From an uncultured Pseudomonadales bacterium (GTDB lineage Bacteria; Patescibacteriota; Microgenomatia; UBA1400; PJMF01): a stretch of DNA of 64,000 bases. The position numbers and the translations under genes are program-made. The notes beneath the pieces are model-generated. The model was not told the origin of the DNA. It saw nothing but the letters and a program-made list of their open reading frames with translations, and searched no databases. Positions 9,360 to 19,071 of this stretch are shown in pieces; position 1 is the stretch's first letter, and every line of letters begins with the position of its first letter. Where the stretch lies: NCBI GenBank assembly GCA_964393205.1, contig CAYMSV010000001.1, forward strand, positions 103,440 through 167,439. The letters are read 5' to 3'.

Positions 9360-10021
9360 CCACCCATATTCATACCAAAGTTTTTTTCGCTACCCATAGC
9401 ATCGTGAACATTTTTGCTATTTTTAAAGCTAAAAGCGCTGCCTCTTCCCTGTTTTCCCTTACCAGCAACCTGTGATTTCCAAGTTGGAGCGCTATGAATT
9501 TGTTTACGTAGAAGCATAATCAGTTCGCGTAATTTATGAAAAAAGTTAAAAAAACCAATACCACTGGTGCCGGGATCTACTACTTCTCTAGTAAGTGCTA
9601 AATCAATTTCTTTGTCTAAATTTTTAACGTCTTGAGCCAACAATTTTAATTCTTCTCTAGTAGCTTTTAATTCTTCTAGATTTTTTTCAGCTTGAGCAGA
9701 AAAAATTTCATGAGTTTCAACAGGATTAACACGATCGTGGAATTTTTGACGTAAAGCTTCTTTCTTTTGTTGAGCAAGTAACTCTGCTTGTTTTTTTAGG
9801 GAAAGATGTTCATTTTCTTGAGGAGAAAATTCTCCACCAGCTTGACTTAAAGCTTGGGCAAAAGGATTTAATTGTTGTTTTTTATCTTGCTTAGCGTTTG
9901 CCGCAGGCGAACTACCCGGATTTTTTTCGCTCTCCAGAAGAGCTCTAGCGAGAGATTGATTTCGCTGAGCCATTGTTTTGCTGCCAGCGGACTTGGTATT
10001 ATTTTGATTCAAGTTATTCAT
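9356..10021 (-). CDS. DUF5660-like protein (Microgenomates-type coiled-coil protein); start uncertain
   Basis: C-terminal DPG....FFNFFHKLRELI..LRKQI.SA.TW pattern matches DUF5660 as recalled; ATG at 10021 preferred over the TTG at 10051. Confidence 0.65.
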   Translation of the reverse strand: MNNLNQNNTKSAGSKTMAQRNQSLARALLESEKNPGSSPAANAKQDKKQQLNPFAQALSQAGGEFSPQENEHLSLKKQAELLAQQKKEALRQKFHDRVNPVETHEIFSAQAEKNLEELKATREELKLLAQDVKNLDKEIDLALTREVVDPGTSGIGFFNFFHKLRELIMLLRKQIHSAPTWKSQVAGKGKQGRGSAFSFKNSKNVHDAMGSEKNFGMNMGG

Positions 10022-10149
10022 GATTGTAGCGTGATTAAAAAAAAAGGACAAGAAATATTAATTTTTAATCAATTTTGGAGTATATATTATAAGATCAAAG
10101 TAGCACAAAGTCAAATTTTACCTCTGGAAAAGTGTTAATAAAGAACTTA

Positions 10150-11169
10150 TTAATTCTTTAATAAACTTTCAATTGTTTGTCGGCGCAGTAATTGAGCCTT
10201 GAAACTACTGAGATACTGTTCATGATTGCTGATTTGTTCTCGGAGCTTTTCATCTTCAATGGAATCTAAGGCTTTTTTGAGAGCACTATCCTCCACTTTT
10301 ATTTTTCGATCTTTAGCGATGGCTGCTAAGATAAAATCAATTTGTAGGCGGTTGAGCACGGTTCCAGCCAATTCATTACTTAACTCTTCAAGACTAATCT
10401 GTCTTTTTTTCAAGTAATCTTCAATAGAAATTTTATAGGAACTTAATTGTTCTTTGAGCTTTTCAAATTCAGCTTGAGTTTCACGACGCAGTAGCAACTC
10501 ACCAATGCTTGGACGGATGTTAACTACCAATTCTCGTAAAATATGTTGATAATAGATTTCTTTTTCTTGATCAGGAGATAGTTTTTGAGCTTGAGGCTTT
10601 TGCTCTTTATCTTTGTTTTGAGTTTTTGTAGCCTTTTTTGTAGTTTCTTTTTTGCTTTTATCGTTTTGTTCTTTGATAAATTTAGCAGCGGCTTTTCTGC
10701 CAGTAGCTAGATATTTTTCGTAGTCTTTTAGATCGATTTTAGGAGCTTCACAAAAATGAGCTTCTAGAACCCAATCTTCGCCTTTTTTGATCGATACTAA
10801 GTGATATTCAGGAGCAGTGACAGGTTGTTTTTTGGTAGTTTCAAGGGCTGCTATATATTTTTTTGGTAAAAGATCACGTAGAACTGTTTCTGCAATTTTT
10901 TCTAAGGAAACTTGTTTTTCGACAATATCTAAAGGTACTTTTCCTTGGCGAAAACCCTCAATTTTCACACTTTTTGCCAAATTAGCTATAGCTGAACGAT
11001 AGGGTTTTTCTAGTTCTGACCAAGGAATGCTGATGCGTAGGCTATCATTGCTAGCAATTAGTGATTTTTTTTCTTGTTTTTGTGTAGTCTTTGTTTTTGG
11101 AGCAGACTTAGTTTTGTCTGAAGTTTTTGTTTTAGAATTGGTTTTTTTCTTAGTTTGTGTTTTTGCCAT
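10150..11169 (-). CDS. tig: Trigger factor (ribosome-binding and C-terminal domains; PPIase domain absent)
   Basis: Signature IEGFRQGKVP; Lys-rich linker where the FKBP domain normally sits; C-terminal ILAAIAKDRKIKVED. Confidence 0.9.
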   Translation of the reverse strand: MAKTQTKKKTNSKTKTSDKTKSAPKTKTTQKQEKKSLIASNDSLRISIPWSELEKPYRSAIANLAKSVKIEGFRQGKVPLDIVEKQVSLEKIAETVLRDLLPKKYIAALETTKKQPVTAPEYHLVSIKKGEDWVLEAHFCEAPKIDLKDYEKYLATGRKAAAKFIKEQNDKSKKETTKKATKTQNKDKEQKPQAQKLSPDQEKEIYYQHILRELVVNIRPSIGELLLRRETQAEFEKLKEQLSSYKISIEDYLKKRQISLEELSNELAGTVLNRLQIDFILAAIAKDRKIKVEDSALKKALDSIEDEKLREQISNHEQYLSSFKAQLLRRQTIESLLKN

Positions 11170-11226
11170 AGGTGTGCATTATACCTTATGACTCAAACTC
11201 TGATTAGGGTCGCTATTGGACAAGAT

Positions 11227-11370
11227 CTAAAAAAGCATGTAAACAAAGGGACTGACTGGAGAGGTGGTTGAGAAGATAACTAAAAAGCCAAAAATAATAA
11301 AAATGATGACTGGAGGAATTAACCACCAGTTGCGTTTTTGCCAGAGATATTCGAGTAGTTCTTTAAACAT
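11227..11370 (-). CDS. DUF5989 (SxtK-like) small membrane protein, absent from the ORF track
   Basis: Translated by hand: MFKELLEYLWQKRNWWLIPPVIIFIIFGFLVIFSTTSPVSPFVYMLF (47 aa). WWLxP and PFxYxLF are typical of DUF5989; AAGGA RBS; follows the carbamoyltransferase. Confidence 0.88.
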   Translation of the reverse strand: MFKELLEYLWQKRNWWLIPPVIIFIIFGFLVIFSTTSPVSPFVYMLF

Positions 11371-11396
11371 AATAATTGTCCTTTTATTTTTTAAAT

Positions 11397-13100
11397 CTAT
11401 TTACTCACAATATATTGGTCAATCACCAAATGATCAATATCAGTTTGCAAAAAGCAATTAATAGCATCTTGTGGAGTACAAACTATAGGTTCACCCCGCA
11501 CATTAAAAGAGGTATTGATAAAAGTGGGAATACCCGTTTTTTTAAAGTAAGCTTCTAAAAGATCATAATAAAGGGGGTTGTCATTGCGAGCGAGTGTTTC
11601 TGGACGACCACTACCATCTACGTGAACAACGGCGGGCACTAGTTTTTTAGCTTTTTCTTTAAAAGGATGAACGGTGAGCATCCATTTTAATGAAGGAGAG
11701 AAATATTTGTCCATGTGGAAATATTTATTGGCTTCAGACTCAATAATAACTGGTGCAAATGGTCTAAATAGCTCTCTTTTTTTAACTTTTGCGTTGATGA
11801 TATCTCTCATTTCCTCAGTTTTAGCACTAGCTAAAATACTTCGATTACCAAGGGCGCGAGGCCCCCATTCCACAGGACCTTGAAACCAGCCAATAACTTT
11901 TTGTTGAATAATTAAATCACTGACTTGCTTAATTAACTCTTTTTCTTTGCTAATTAACTGATATTTTAATCCTGCTTTTTTTAGAGCGTGCTCAACCTGA
12001 TACCAGGAATAACTCGGGCCAAGGTAAGGATGAAAATCACGATTATTTTTAGCGACTTTTTCGCCTAAGCTAGCTGCCAACTCTAAAGCTGCTCCCATGG
12101 CTCCACCACCATCACCTGGATCTGGTGGGATAAAGAATTTTTTAAAACTAGTGTTTTGTAAAATTTTGCCATTCATAACTGAATTTAGCGCAACGCCACC
12201 AGCCAAACATAAATTTTGAGTTTTATATTTTTTTTGTACTTGATTGAGTAAATTAAAAATTACTTCTTGTAATTTATTTTGTAGCGCGGCAGCAATATCT
12301 TCATGATGCTTGAAAATTTTTGCTTCTTTTTGACGAATTGGATGGCCAAATAAATCGATTAGTTTTTTACTAGGCATTTGTTCTCGCCAGACGAAATCAA
12401 AAAATTTCATGTTTAATTTAAAACTACCATCAGGAAAAACTTTAATAATTTGATCAAAATGTTTTTTAAAAGGTTTTGGATCTCCGTAAGAAGCTAGGCC
12501 CATGACCTTGTATTCAGCGTCATTAGCTTCAAAACCCAAATAGGTAGTAAAGGTGCTATAAAGCAAACCCAATGAGTCTGGAAAATGTAGTTCTTTATCC
12601 AGCCTGATTTTATTATTTTCCCCGAGTCCAATGCTGGTAGTGGTCCACTCACCTACCCCGTCAATATTGACTATAGCTGCTTTTTTAAAGCCAGATAAAT
12701 AATAGGAACTAGCAGCGTGAGAAAGATGATGGTTGATATAGCGGATTGGTCCGTGGTAATTAAGCTCTTCTTTAAAAGTTTTATTCAGATTGAGTCTTTC
12801 ATTAAACCAGGGGGCCATATATTTGATAAACTGACCAAGGCTTTTGGGAAAATATTCAAGATGTTGACTAATAACTCTCTCAAATTTAACTAGAGGTTTT
12901 TCATAAAAAGCTACAGAGTCAATTTCTTTGGCAGCTATACCTATTTTTTTTAAACAAAAATCAATGGCTAGTTTTGGAAAGCGGTTATCATGTTTTATTC
13001 TAGAAAAGCGCTCTTCTGCAGCCGCAGCAATGATTTTGCCATCTTTAATTAGACAAGCTGCGCTATCGTGATAGTAGCAAGAGATACCTAAAATAATCAT
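11397..13100 (-). CDS. O-carbamoyltransferase (NodU/CmcH/SxtI family)
   Basis: ILGISCYYHDSAA, EERFSRIKHD, HHLSHAAS, EYKVMGLA, AGGVALN, EWGPRALGNRSIL, KKRELFRPFAP, NTSFNVRGEPIV. Confidence 0.96.
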   Translation of the reverse strand: MIILGISCYYHDSAACLIKDGKIIAAAAEERFSRIKHDNRFPKLAIDFCLKKIGIAAKEIDSVAFYEKPLVKFERVISQHLEYFPKSLGQFIKYMAPWFNERLNLNKTFKEELNYHGPIRYINHHLSHAASSYYLSGFKKAAIVNIDGVGEWTTTSIGLGENNKIRLDKELHFPDSLGLLYSTFTTYLGFEANDAEYKVMGLASYGDPKPFKKHFDQIIKVFPDGSFKLNMKFFDFVWREQMPSKKLIDLFGHPIRQKEAKIFKHHEDIAAALQNKLQEVIFNLLNQVQKKYKTQNLCLAGGVALNSVMNGKILQNTSFKKFFIPPDPGDGGGAMGAALELAASLGEKVAKNNRDFHPYLGPSYSWYQVEHALKKAGLKYQLISKEKELIKQVSDLIIQQKVIGWFQGPVEWGPRALGNRSILASAKTEEMRDIINAKVKKRELFRPFAPVIIESEANKYFHMDKYFSPSLKWMLTVHPFKEKAKKLVPAVVHVDGSGRPETLARNDNPLYYDLLEAYFKKTGIPTFINTSFNVRGEPIVCTPQDAINCFLQTDIDHLVIDQYIVSK

Positions 13101-13324
13101 TAGTACATTTTTTCTAAACTGGCTTGAGTATTACTCTTAATTTCAATCTTTTGCCAGTTACTATTTTTATGTTTTTTATTTAAAAATTTTTTGCCAACAA
13201 TCTTAGCTATCACAGCACTCAAACCAATGCCCAAAAAATAAATAACAATGAGAGTAAATTGAGTAAATTTTTTCTCAACAAATTTTCGCCAATTTGTAAA
13301 AAACTTAGTAATTTTATTTTTCAT
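13100..13324 (-). CDS. Short SxtJ-like membrane protein
   Basis: Single TM segment LIVIYFLGIGLSAVIAKIVGK, then SNW...EKMY end; stop/start overlap with the carbamoyltransferase. Confidence 0.65.
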   Translation of the reverse strand: MKNKITKFFTNWRKFVEKKFTQFTLIVIYFLGIGLSAVIAKIVGKKFLNKKHKNSNWQKIEIKSNTQASLEKMY

Positions 13325-13339
13325 GTTTTTTTAATTAAA

Positions 13340-14389
13340 TTAGATTAGAGCCAATTGCTCCATTAAACGAGAAGTATAGCCCCACTCGTTGTCATACCAG
13401 GCTATGATTTTTAATAGATTATTGTCGATGAGTTGAATTAGTGGTAAGTCTACCACGGCACTATATTCACAGCCAATAAAATCACTTGAAACTAGAGGTT
13501 CGCTACTAACTGCTAGAATGTTTTTGTATGCTCCTTGAGCAGCCTCGATAAAAGTCTTTTTTACTTCTTCAACTGTGGTGTTTTTACCTAGGATAAAGGT
13601 GATATCAGCTAGTGAAACAGTTGGAGTTGGGACTCGAATAGCTAAGCCATCAAATTTATTTTTCAAAGCAGGAATGATATCGGCAGTTGCTTTAGCGGCG
13701 CCAGTTGAAGTAGGCACCAAATTTAGTGCTGCTGCTCGAGCACGGCGAAGATCTTTTTTATGAGAATTGTCATGCAAGTTCTGATCGCTAGTATAAGAAT
13801 GAATGGTGGTTAAGATAGCTTTCTCAACACCAAAAGTATCTTGGATAATTTTAACGACTGGCGCAACACAATTAGTGGTACAAGACGCATTGGAAAAAAT
13901 ATTTTTATTTAGATCCAGTTGATTAATGCCAATCACTCCAGTGCTAATCAGTTTATCTGGATCTTCTTTTCCGGGGGCAGACAGCAAAACTTTTTTAGCT
14001 CCGGCTTTTAAATGTAAACCAGCTTGTTTAGCTTTGTTAAAAGCACCAGTTGATTCAAGGACGCTATATACTTCATATTTTTCCCAAGGGATTTTAGCAG
14101 GATCGCGTTCAGCAGTGATGAGAATCTTGTGCTCGCCCACCACAATGTATCCTAATTCTATTTCTCCTTCAGCCAATTCTTTGACTTTTTTTTGTTCTTC
14201 AAAGGAAATGGGTTCTTGAAAAGTGCCATAAACGCTATCATATTTGAGTAATCTCACCCAGCCCTCCAAATCCATGGAACCAGAGGTATTAATGACTTTT
14301 AAATTTAGAGTTTGGCGATGTTTTTCAAACCAAACTCGAAAGGCTAAGCGACCAATGCGACCAAGGCCGTTGATGGCAAAATTTTTCAT
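13340..14389 (-). CDS. gap: Glyceraldehyde-3-phosphate dehydrogenase (type I)
   Basis: INGLGRIGR, ASCTTNC, AWYDNEWGY. Confidence 0.98.
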   Translation of the reverse strand: MKNFAINGLGRIGRLAFRVWFEKHRQTLNLKVINTSGSMDLEGWVRLLKYDSVYGTFQEPISFEEQKKVKELAEGEIELGYIVVGEHKILITAERDPAKIPWEKYEVYSVLESTGAFNKAKQAGLHLKAGAKKVLLSAPGKEDPDKLISTGVIGINQLDLNKNIFSNASCTTNCVAPVVKIIQDTFGVEKAILTTIHSYTSDQNLHDNSHKKDLRRARAAALNLVPTSTGAAKATADIIPALKNKFDGLAIRVPTPTVSLADITFILGKNTTVEEVKKTFIEAAQGAYKNILAVSSEPLVSSDFIGCEYSAVVDLPLIQLIDNNLLKIIAWYDNEWGYTSRLMEQLALI

Positions 14390-14428
14390 AGGCAGTTTCC
14401 TTTTTAATATTTCACAGATTTTAATTAA

Positions 14429-15169
14429 TTAAGCTAGTTCTGTTTCTACATCATTGGCTAGATAAGTACCAACATCTTCTCCATCAATTGCTTTTTTTAA
14501 ATCATGTTCATTGAAGAGATTAAAAACCATGATTGGCATGTCGTTTTCTTTGCACATTGCCAAAGCACCAGTGTCCATAATTTGAATTTCGTCTTTCTCA
14601 ATAGCATCTTTAAAAGTCATGGTTTTTAGACGTTTAGCATCTGGAAATTTCATTGGGTCACGTTCATAAATACCATTAACTTTAGTGGCTTTCATTAAAA
14701 CATCACAGTGTAGTTCTAGAGCGTGCAGAGCAGCGCCAGAATCAGTAGTAACATAAGGCATACCTGTGCCAGCCACTAAGATTAAAATTCTGCCTTTTTC
14801 TAAATGACGAATAGCTTTGTTACGAATAAAACTCTCGCTAACAGCAGGCATAGTAAGTGCAGATTGAGTTCTGACCGCTACACCAACTTTTCTTAGAGCA
14901 TCTTGGAGTGCTAAGCCATTCATCACGGTAGCCAACATTCCCATGTAGTCGGCTGTCGCTCGGTCAATACCGTTTTTTGAGGCAGCTAGACCGCGAAAAA
15001 TATTGCCGCCACCAATAACAATGACAATTTCAATTTCTTTATCAACAATGGTTTTTATTTTTTCTGCCATGATCAATACAGCTTTAGGATCAATACCAAA
15101 CTCTCTATCTCCAAGTAGCGATTCTCCGCCAATTTTGAGCATGATTCGCTTAAAACGTTTTTGTCCCAT
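14429..15169 (-). CDS. pyrH: UMP kinase
   Basis: LKIGGESL, GGGNIFRG, DYMGMLATVMN, TTDSGAA. Confidence 0.98.
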   Translation of the reverse strand: MGQKRFKRIMLKIGGESLLGDREFGIDPKAVLIMAEKIKTIVDKEIEIVIVIGGGNIFRGLAASKNGIDRATADYMGMLATVMNGLALQDALRKVGVAVRTQSALTMPAVSESFIRNKAIRHLEKGRILILVAGTGMPYVTTDSGAALHALELHCDVLMKATKVNGIYERDPMKFPDAKRLKTMTFKDAIEKDEIQIMDTGALAMCKENDMPIMVFNLFNEHDLKKAIDGEDVGTYLANDVETELA

Positions 15170-15190
15170 AGTTATTTCCTTTTCTTTTAT

Positions 15191-16225
15191 TTATAGCTTA
15201 ATAAATTTTTTTTTCAAACGCAAGAATTTCCATCGCCAATCTTCAGCCAAGGCGTAGAGTTTATAGGTTGGATAGTTGTACACGAGATCATAAGTACCAA
15301 TATGCTCAATGAGTTGACCGCCATAACTTTTTTTAAAACGATGAAAACCAAACCAAGGATCTTTTGGATCAGGATTTGGTCCGAGCGCACCCCACAAGTC
15401 AAAAAGTTGACAATTATGTTTTTGGCCAAAACGAATGGCTTCCCACATCATCAAGTTGCTAGCCATAACTTCTCGATGTTGACTACTAGAAGCTCCATAG
15501 GGGTAATAAAGAACATCGTTAAAGGTGAAAAGAATCCAAGTGACAATTACCTGATTTTCATAAGTTGCTTTTAAAATATGCATGATATTGCTGTCTTTAA
15601 AAACCTGCCACATTTGGCGAAAGTAATCTGGTGTATGAGCATAAAATGCTTGTCGACTGGTGGTTTCGTTTAAAACTTTCAAATAATCTTCTAAACCTTT
15701 TTCACTACTATCTTCAAAAACTGTCACTCCTTTTTTCATTGCCAAACGAGTGTTATAACGAGTTTTGCTAGTCATATTACTCATTAGTTTATCTTCAGAA
15801 AGAGTAAGATCGATTTGAAAAGTATAGGGTGTAAAAAGGGATCGACCCTCTTCTACCTGATAATTCTTTAAAAAATTAACAGTTTTATGTTCGTCATGGC
15901 TTTGTTCTAAACTCTTAAGTACAGCTGGTTCTAATTTAATAAAAATAGCTTTGTGCTTATTGGCTAGTTGCTCTAGTGTGGCAACCTGATCTTTATCTGG
16001 ATCAAAGCCCTTGGGGAAATAGCCGACCGTTTTGTTTAAAAGAGGCAGTTCGTGAAAAGTGATGGTCATCGCTTTTTTAAGCTGACCATTATTAAAAAAG
16101 CCAATTCTTTCAACTTTTTGTCCAGTTTTTTTGCGAAACTCACCCCACTCATAGGATTGGATAGGATGATTAACACAGCGATTATATATTTCTTGTTCTT
16201 CTGGACGAATGTCGCGAATTAGCAT
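15191..16225 (-). CDS. FemABX-family peptidoglycan bridge peptidyltransferase
   Basis: HPIQSYEWGEFR, KTRYNTRLAMKKGV, YPYGAS, MWEAIRFG, FDLWG, GFHRFKKSYGG. Confidence 0.92.
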   Translation of the reverse strand: MLIRDIRPEEQEIYNRCVNHPIQSYEWGEFRKKTGQKVERIGFFNNGQLKKAMTITFHELPLLNKTVGYFPKGFDPDKDQVATLEQLANKHKAIFIKLEPAVLKSLEQSHDEHKTVNFLKNYQVEEGRSLFTPYTFQIDLTLSEDKLMSNMTSKTRYNTRLAMKKGVTVFEDSSEKGLEDYLKVLNETTSRQAFYAHTPDYFRQMWQVFKDSNIMHILKATYENQVIVTWILFTFNDVLYYPYGASSSQHREVMASNLMMWEAIRFGQKHNCQLFDLWGALGPNPDPKDPWFGFHRFKKSYGGQLIEHIGTYDLVYNYPTYKLYALAEDWRWKFLRLKKKFIKL

Positions 16226-16277
16226 ATTTTATATTTCTTTATTATATGAGAAAAAACCGATCTTGTCAGTCAGGTCT

Positions 16278-18287
16278 TTAGCTTTTTAGAAATTCCTTTA
16301 CGTCAATGTCGTCTTTTAGTAATGCATCAAGTTGGTCCTCATCAATTATTAAGCGCCTTTTTTTCGAGCCTTTATTGAGGGATTTTTTCTTAGCTTTTCT
16401 GCCATAAAAAGATTGGTGTCGATTACTAATAGTTTCATCAAAATGACGATTGACGCTGATGAGCTTGCTACTAACTTCATCTAGAAAGCGACTAGGTAAA
16501 TTTTGTTGTTGGTTACCAAAAGTATAACGATTACGAGCATAGCTAAAAAACAATTGTTGTTTAGCTCTAGTGATACCAACGTAACACAGTCGTCTCTCCT
16601 CTTCTAAGTCTTCTTCACTAAGCATTGAGCGATTGTGAGGCAACAGGCCTTCTTCCATACCAACCATAAAAACTATTTCAAATTCTAACCCTTTGGCTGA
16701 ATGTAGGCTCATTAAACTGATGCCGGTATTTTTAGTGCCAGTTTTTTGTTCTAGTAGGTAACCGTCTTGAACAAGAGCTACATTTTCTAAAAAATATTGG
16801 CTATTTTCAAATTGACTGGCAACGCTCAACAACTCTTCTATATTATCTAGTCGGCTTTGATCCTCTGGGTCTTTTTTATTAAATTTGTCTAAGTAATGAG
16901 TGGCCTCTAAAATTCCTTGTAGAGCTAAAGAGGGATTGTCTAAAATCTGATCCTCCACTTCTCGCAACCATTTTTGAAAATCCTTAAACCGCCTTTTACC
17001 AAGTTTAATGGTTCGAGTGAGACTGGGGCTATCAAGATCATTAAAACACAATCGCAAGTAAGCCAAAAGATCTTTAATTTCTTTACGCTGATAGAATTTG
17101 GTTCCACCTATTATTCGATAAGGAAGCTGACGGTGAATAAATGCTTCTTCGAAAGCTCGAGACTGAGCATTGGTTCGATATAAGATTGCTATTTGATCTA
17201 ATGAATTCAAAAACTTTTCATTAATAATTTGAGCAATTTTCGCTGCTTCTAATTCAGCATTATTTAATTCATAAAGTTGGATCTTTTGATCTTTTTCATC
17301 TTTTTGATCAGTCCATAGTTCTAGAATGGGGTGAAGTTGATTTTGTTGAATAATTTGAGTGGCCGCATCTAAGATATTTTGTGTAGATCGATAATTACGC
17401 TCTAAACGATACTCGGTAATATCGGGAAAATCCGAACTCAGTTGTTTGAGATTTTTATAATCTGCTCCTCTCCAGGCATAAATACTTTGAGAAAAATCAC
17501 CAACCACAAAAAGATTGTTTTGAGGTCTAGCCAATATTTTGCTTAGCAAATATTGAACCTTATTGGTGTCCTGATATTCATCTATCAAAACATGTTTAAA
17601 TTGTTCTTGATATCTTTGACGCACATCTTGGTTTTTTTTGAGTAGTTGGTAGGTTAAGATTAACAAGTCATCAAAATCAAGAGCATCCTCTGTTTTTAGA
17701 CGTTGTTCATAAATCTTATAAATTTTGCCAACAGTTTGTTTAAAAGAATTATTGGCATCAGTCATATAATTACTAGGACTAATCAATTGATTTTTAATTT
17801 GACTGATAATAGCTTTTGTAGTTGTAATTTTAAATTCTTGACGGTCGATGCCATTATTTTTATAAATGTTTTTGAAAAGGTTGATTTGATCTTGATCGTC
17901 ATAAATTGTAAATTGAGGACTAATTGATCTTCCAGCTACTTGCAATTGAGAATTTTTTTGAGTTTGTTTATTGGCTTCTAAACGAAGTATTTTGACACCT
18001 AAGCTGTGAAAAGTTCCAGAAAAAAGTAATTGCTGACCTGTATAGTTTAATACTCTTCTCTTCATTTCTGCAGCAGCCTTATTGGTAAAGGTCAGCAATA
18101 ATATTTCTTTTGCAGTGGCGAGCTTTTCTTGGATTAGATAGGCGGCGCGACTAGTCAAAACCCTAGTTTTACCACTACCAGCTCCCGCTAAAACGATAGC
18201 TGGTCCATTTTTGTGCAAAACAGCTTGACGTTGTTCTAAATTTAGTTGGTCAAGAAGAGTCTGGCTCTCGAACATAAGTCCAATCAT
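16278..18287 (-). CDS. pcrA: ATP-dependent DNA helicase UvrD/PcrA (start may be the second Met at 18275)
   Basis: AGAGSGKT, DEYQDTN, SIYAWRGA, NYRST, HSAKGLEF, EERRLCYVGITRA. Confidence 0.96.
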   Translation of the reverse strand: MIGLMFESQTLLDQLNLEQRQAVLHKNGPAIVLAGAGSGKTRVLTSRAAYLIQEKLATAKEILLLTFTNKAAAEMKRRVLNYTGQQLLFSGTFHSLGVKILRLEANKQTQKNSQLQVAGRSISPQFTIYDDQDQINLFKNIYKNNGIDRQEFKITTTKAIISQIKNQLISPSNYMTDANNSFKQTVGKIYKIYEQRLKTEDALDFDDLLILTYQLLKKNQDVRQRYQEQFKHVLIDEYQDTNKVQYLLSKILARPQNNLFVVGDFSQSIYAWRGADYKNLKQLSSDFPDITEYRLERNYRSTQNILDAATQIIQQNQLHPILELWTDQKDEKDQKIQLYELNNAELEAAKIAQIINEKFLNSLDQIAILYRTNAQSRAFEEAFIHRQLPYRIIGGTKFYQRKEIKDLLAYLRLCFNDLDSPSLTRTIKLGKRRFKDFQKWLREVEDQILDNPSLALQGILEATHYLDKFNKKDPEDQSRLDNIEELLSVASQFENSQYFLENVALVQDGYLLEQKTGTKNTGISLMSLHSAKGLEFEIVFMVGMEEGLLPHNRSMLSEEDLEEERRLCYVGITRAKQQLFFSYARNRYTFGNQQQNLPSRFLDEVSSKLISVNRHFDETISNRHQSFYGRKAKKKSLNKGSKKRRLIIDEDQLDALLKDDIDVKEFLKS

Positions 18288-18309
18288 ATTAACATAAAAC
18301 TCGGCAGAA

Positions 18310-18338
18310 TTGCTTTGTCACTAGCTTTTGGCTAAAAT
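18310..18338 (+). promoter_or_regulatory. Sigma70-type promoter of tpiA, probably giving a leaderless mRNA
   Basis: TTGCTT-N17-TAAAAT, then 6 nt to the ATG. Confidence 0.7.
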
Positions 18339-18344
18339 GAAATT

Positions 18345-19031
18345 ATGCAAAAAACTATTTTGCTTAATTGGAAGGCTAATAAAAATATTATTGAGGCTGA
18401 ATATTGGATTAATAATTTTCCCAAAGACTTGTTACTAAAACAGCAAAATATTAAATTACTACTTGCTCCACCTTATCCATTTTTAAGTCAAATGAAGCGC
18501 TTAATTGACCATCAACAATTGCCAATCTCTTTAGCAGTTCAAGATGTTAGTGCTTATGGTTCTGGAGCTTATACTGGTGAGGTTTCAGCAGAAAATTTAG
18601 AATTTTTAGGAGTGGAGGCAGCGATTATTGGTCACAGTGAACGACGACGCCTCTTTTGTGAAAGTTCTCAGTTAATAGTGGGCAAAGTACAACAAGCTAT
18701 CCAAGCTGGTTTGGAAGTAGTTTTATGCTTAGATGAAACAGATTTTCCAGAACAAGCTAAATTGCTTACCAAAACTGAAAGAGCTAAGATTAGTGTCGCT
18801 TATGAACCAGTAGCCGCCATTGGAACTGGTCAGGCTGTAAAAGCAATTTCGGTAAAAAATTTTTTTAAGAAACTTCGCCAATATTTTCCTCACAATTCTT
18901 TAATTTATGGAGGCAGTGTTAACGCTAATAATATCAATGATTTTTTAGCTGTTAGTGATGGGGTGCTGGTTTCTAGCGCAGCCTTAGAGTTAAGTGATTT
19001 ATCTGTTTTAATTCAAGCAATTGCTGATTAG
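18345..19031 (+). CDS. tpiA: Triosephosphate isomerase
   Basis: NWK, GAYTGEVS, GHSERR, AYEPVAAIGTG, YGGSV. Confidence 0.95.
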   Translation: MQKTILLNWKANKNIIEAEYWINNFPKDLLLKQQNIKLLLAPPYPFLSQMKRLIDHQQLPISLAVQDVSAYGSGAYTGEVSAENLEFLGVEAAIIGHSERRRLFCESSQLIVGKVQQAIQAGLEVVLCLDETDFPEQAKLLTKTERAKISVAYEPVAAIGTGQAVKAISVKNFFKKLRQYFPHNSLIYGGSVNANNINDFLAVSDGVLVSSAALELSDLSVLIQAIAD

Positions 19032-19071
19032 ACTTGCAAATTTGTACTATTTATATATATTCTGATAGATA

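Noticed and set aside
11227-13324. Saxitoxin biosynthesis
   Set aside because: Only the widespread I/J/K-like trio is present; there is no sxtA, sxtG or other core gene.
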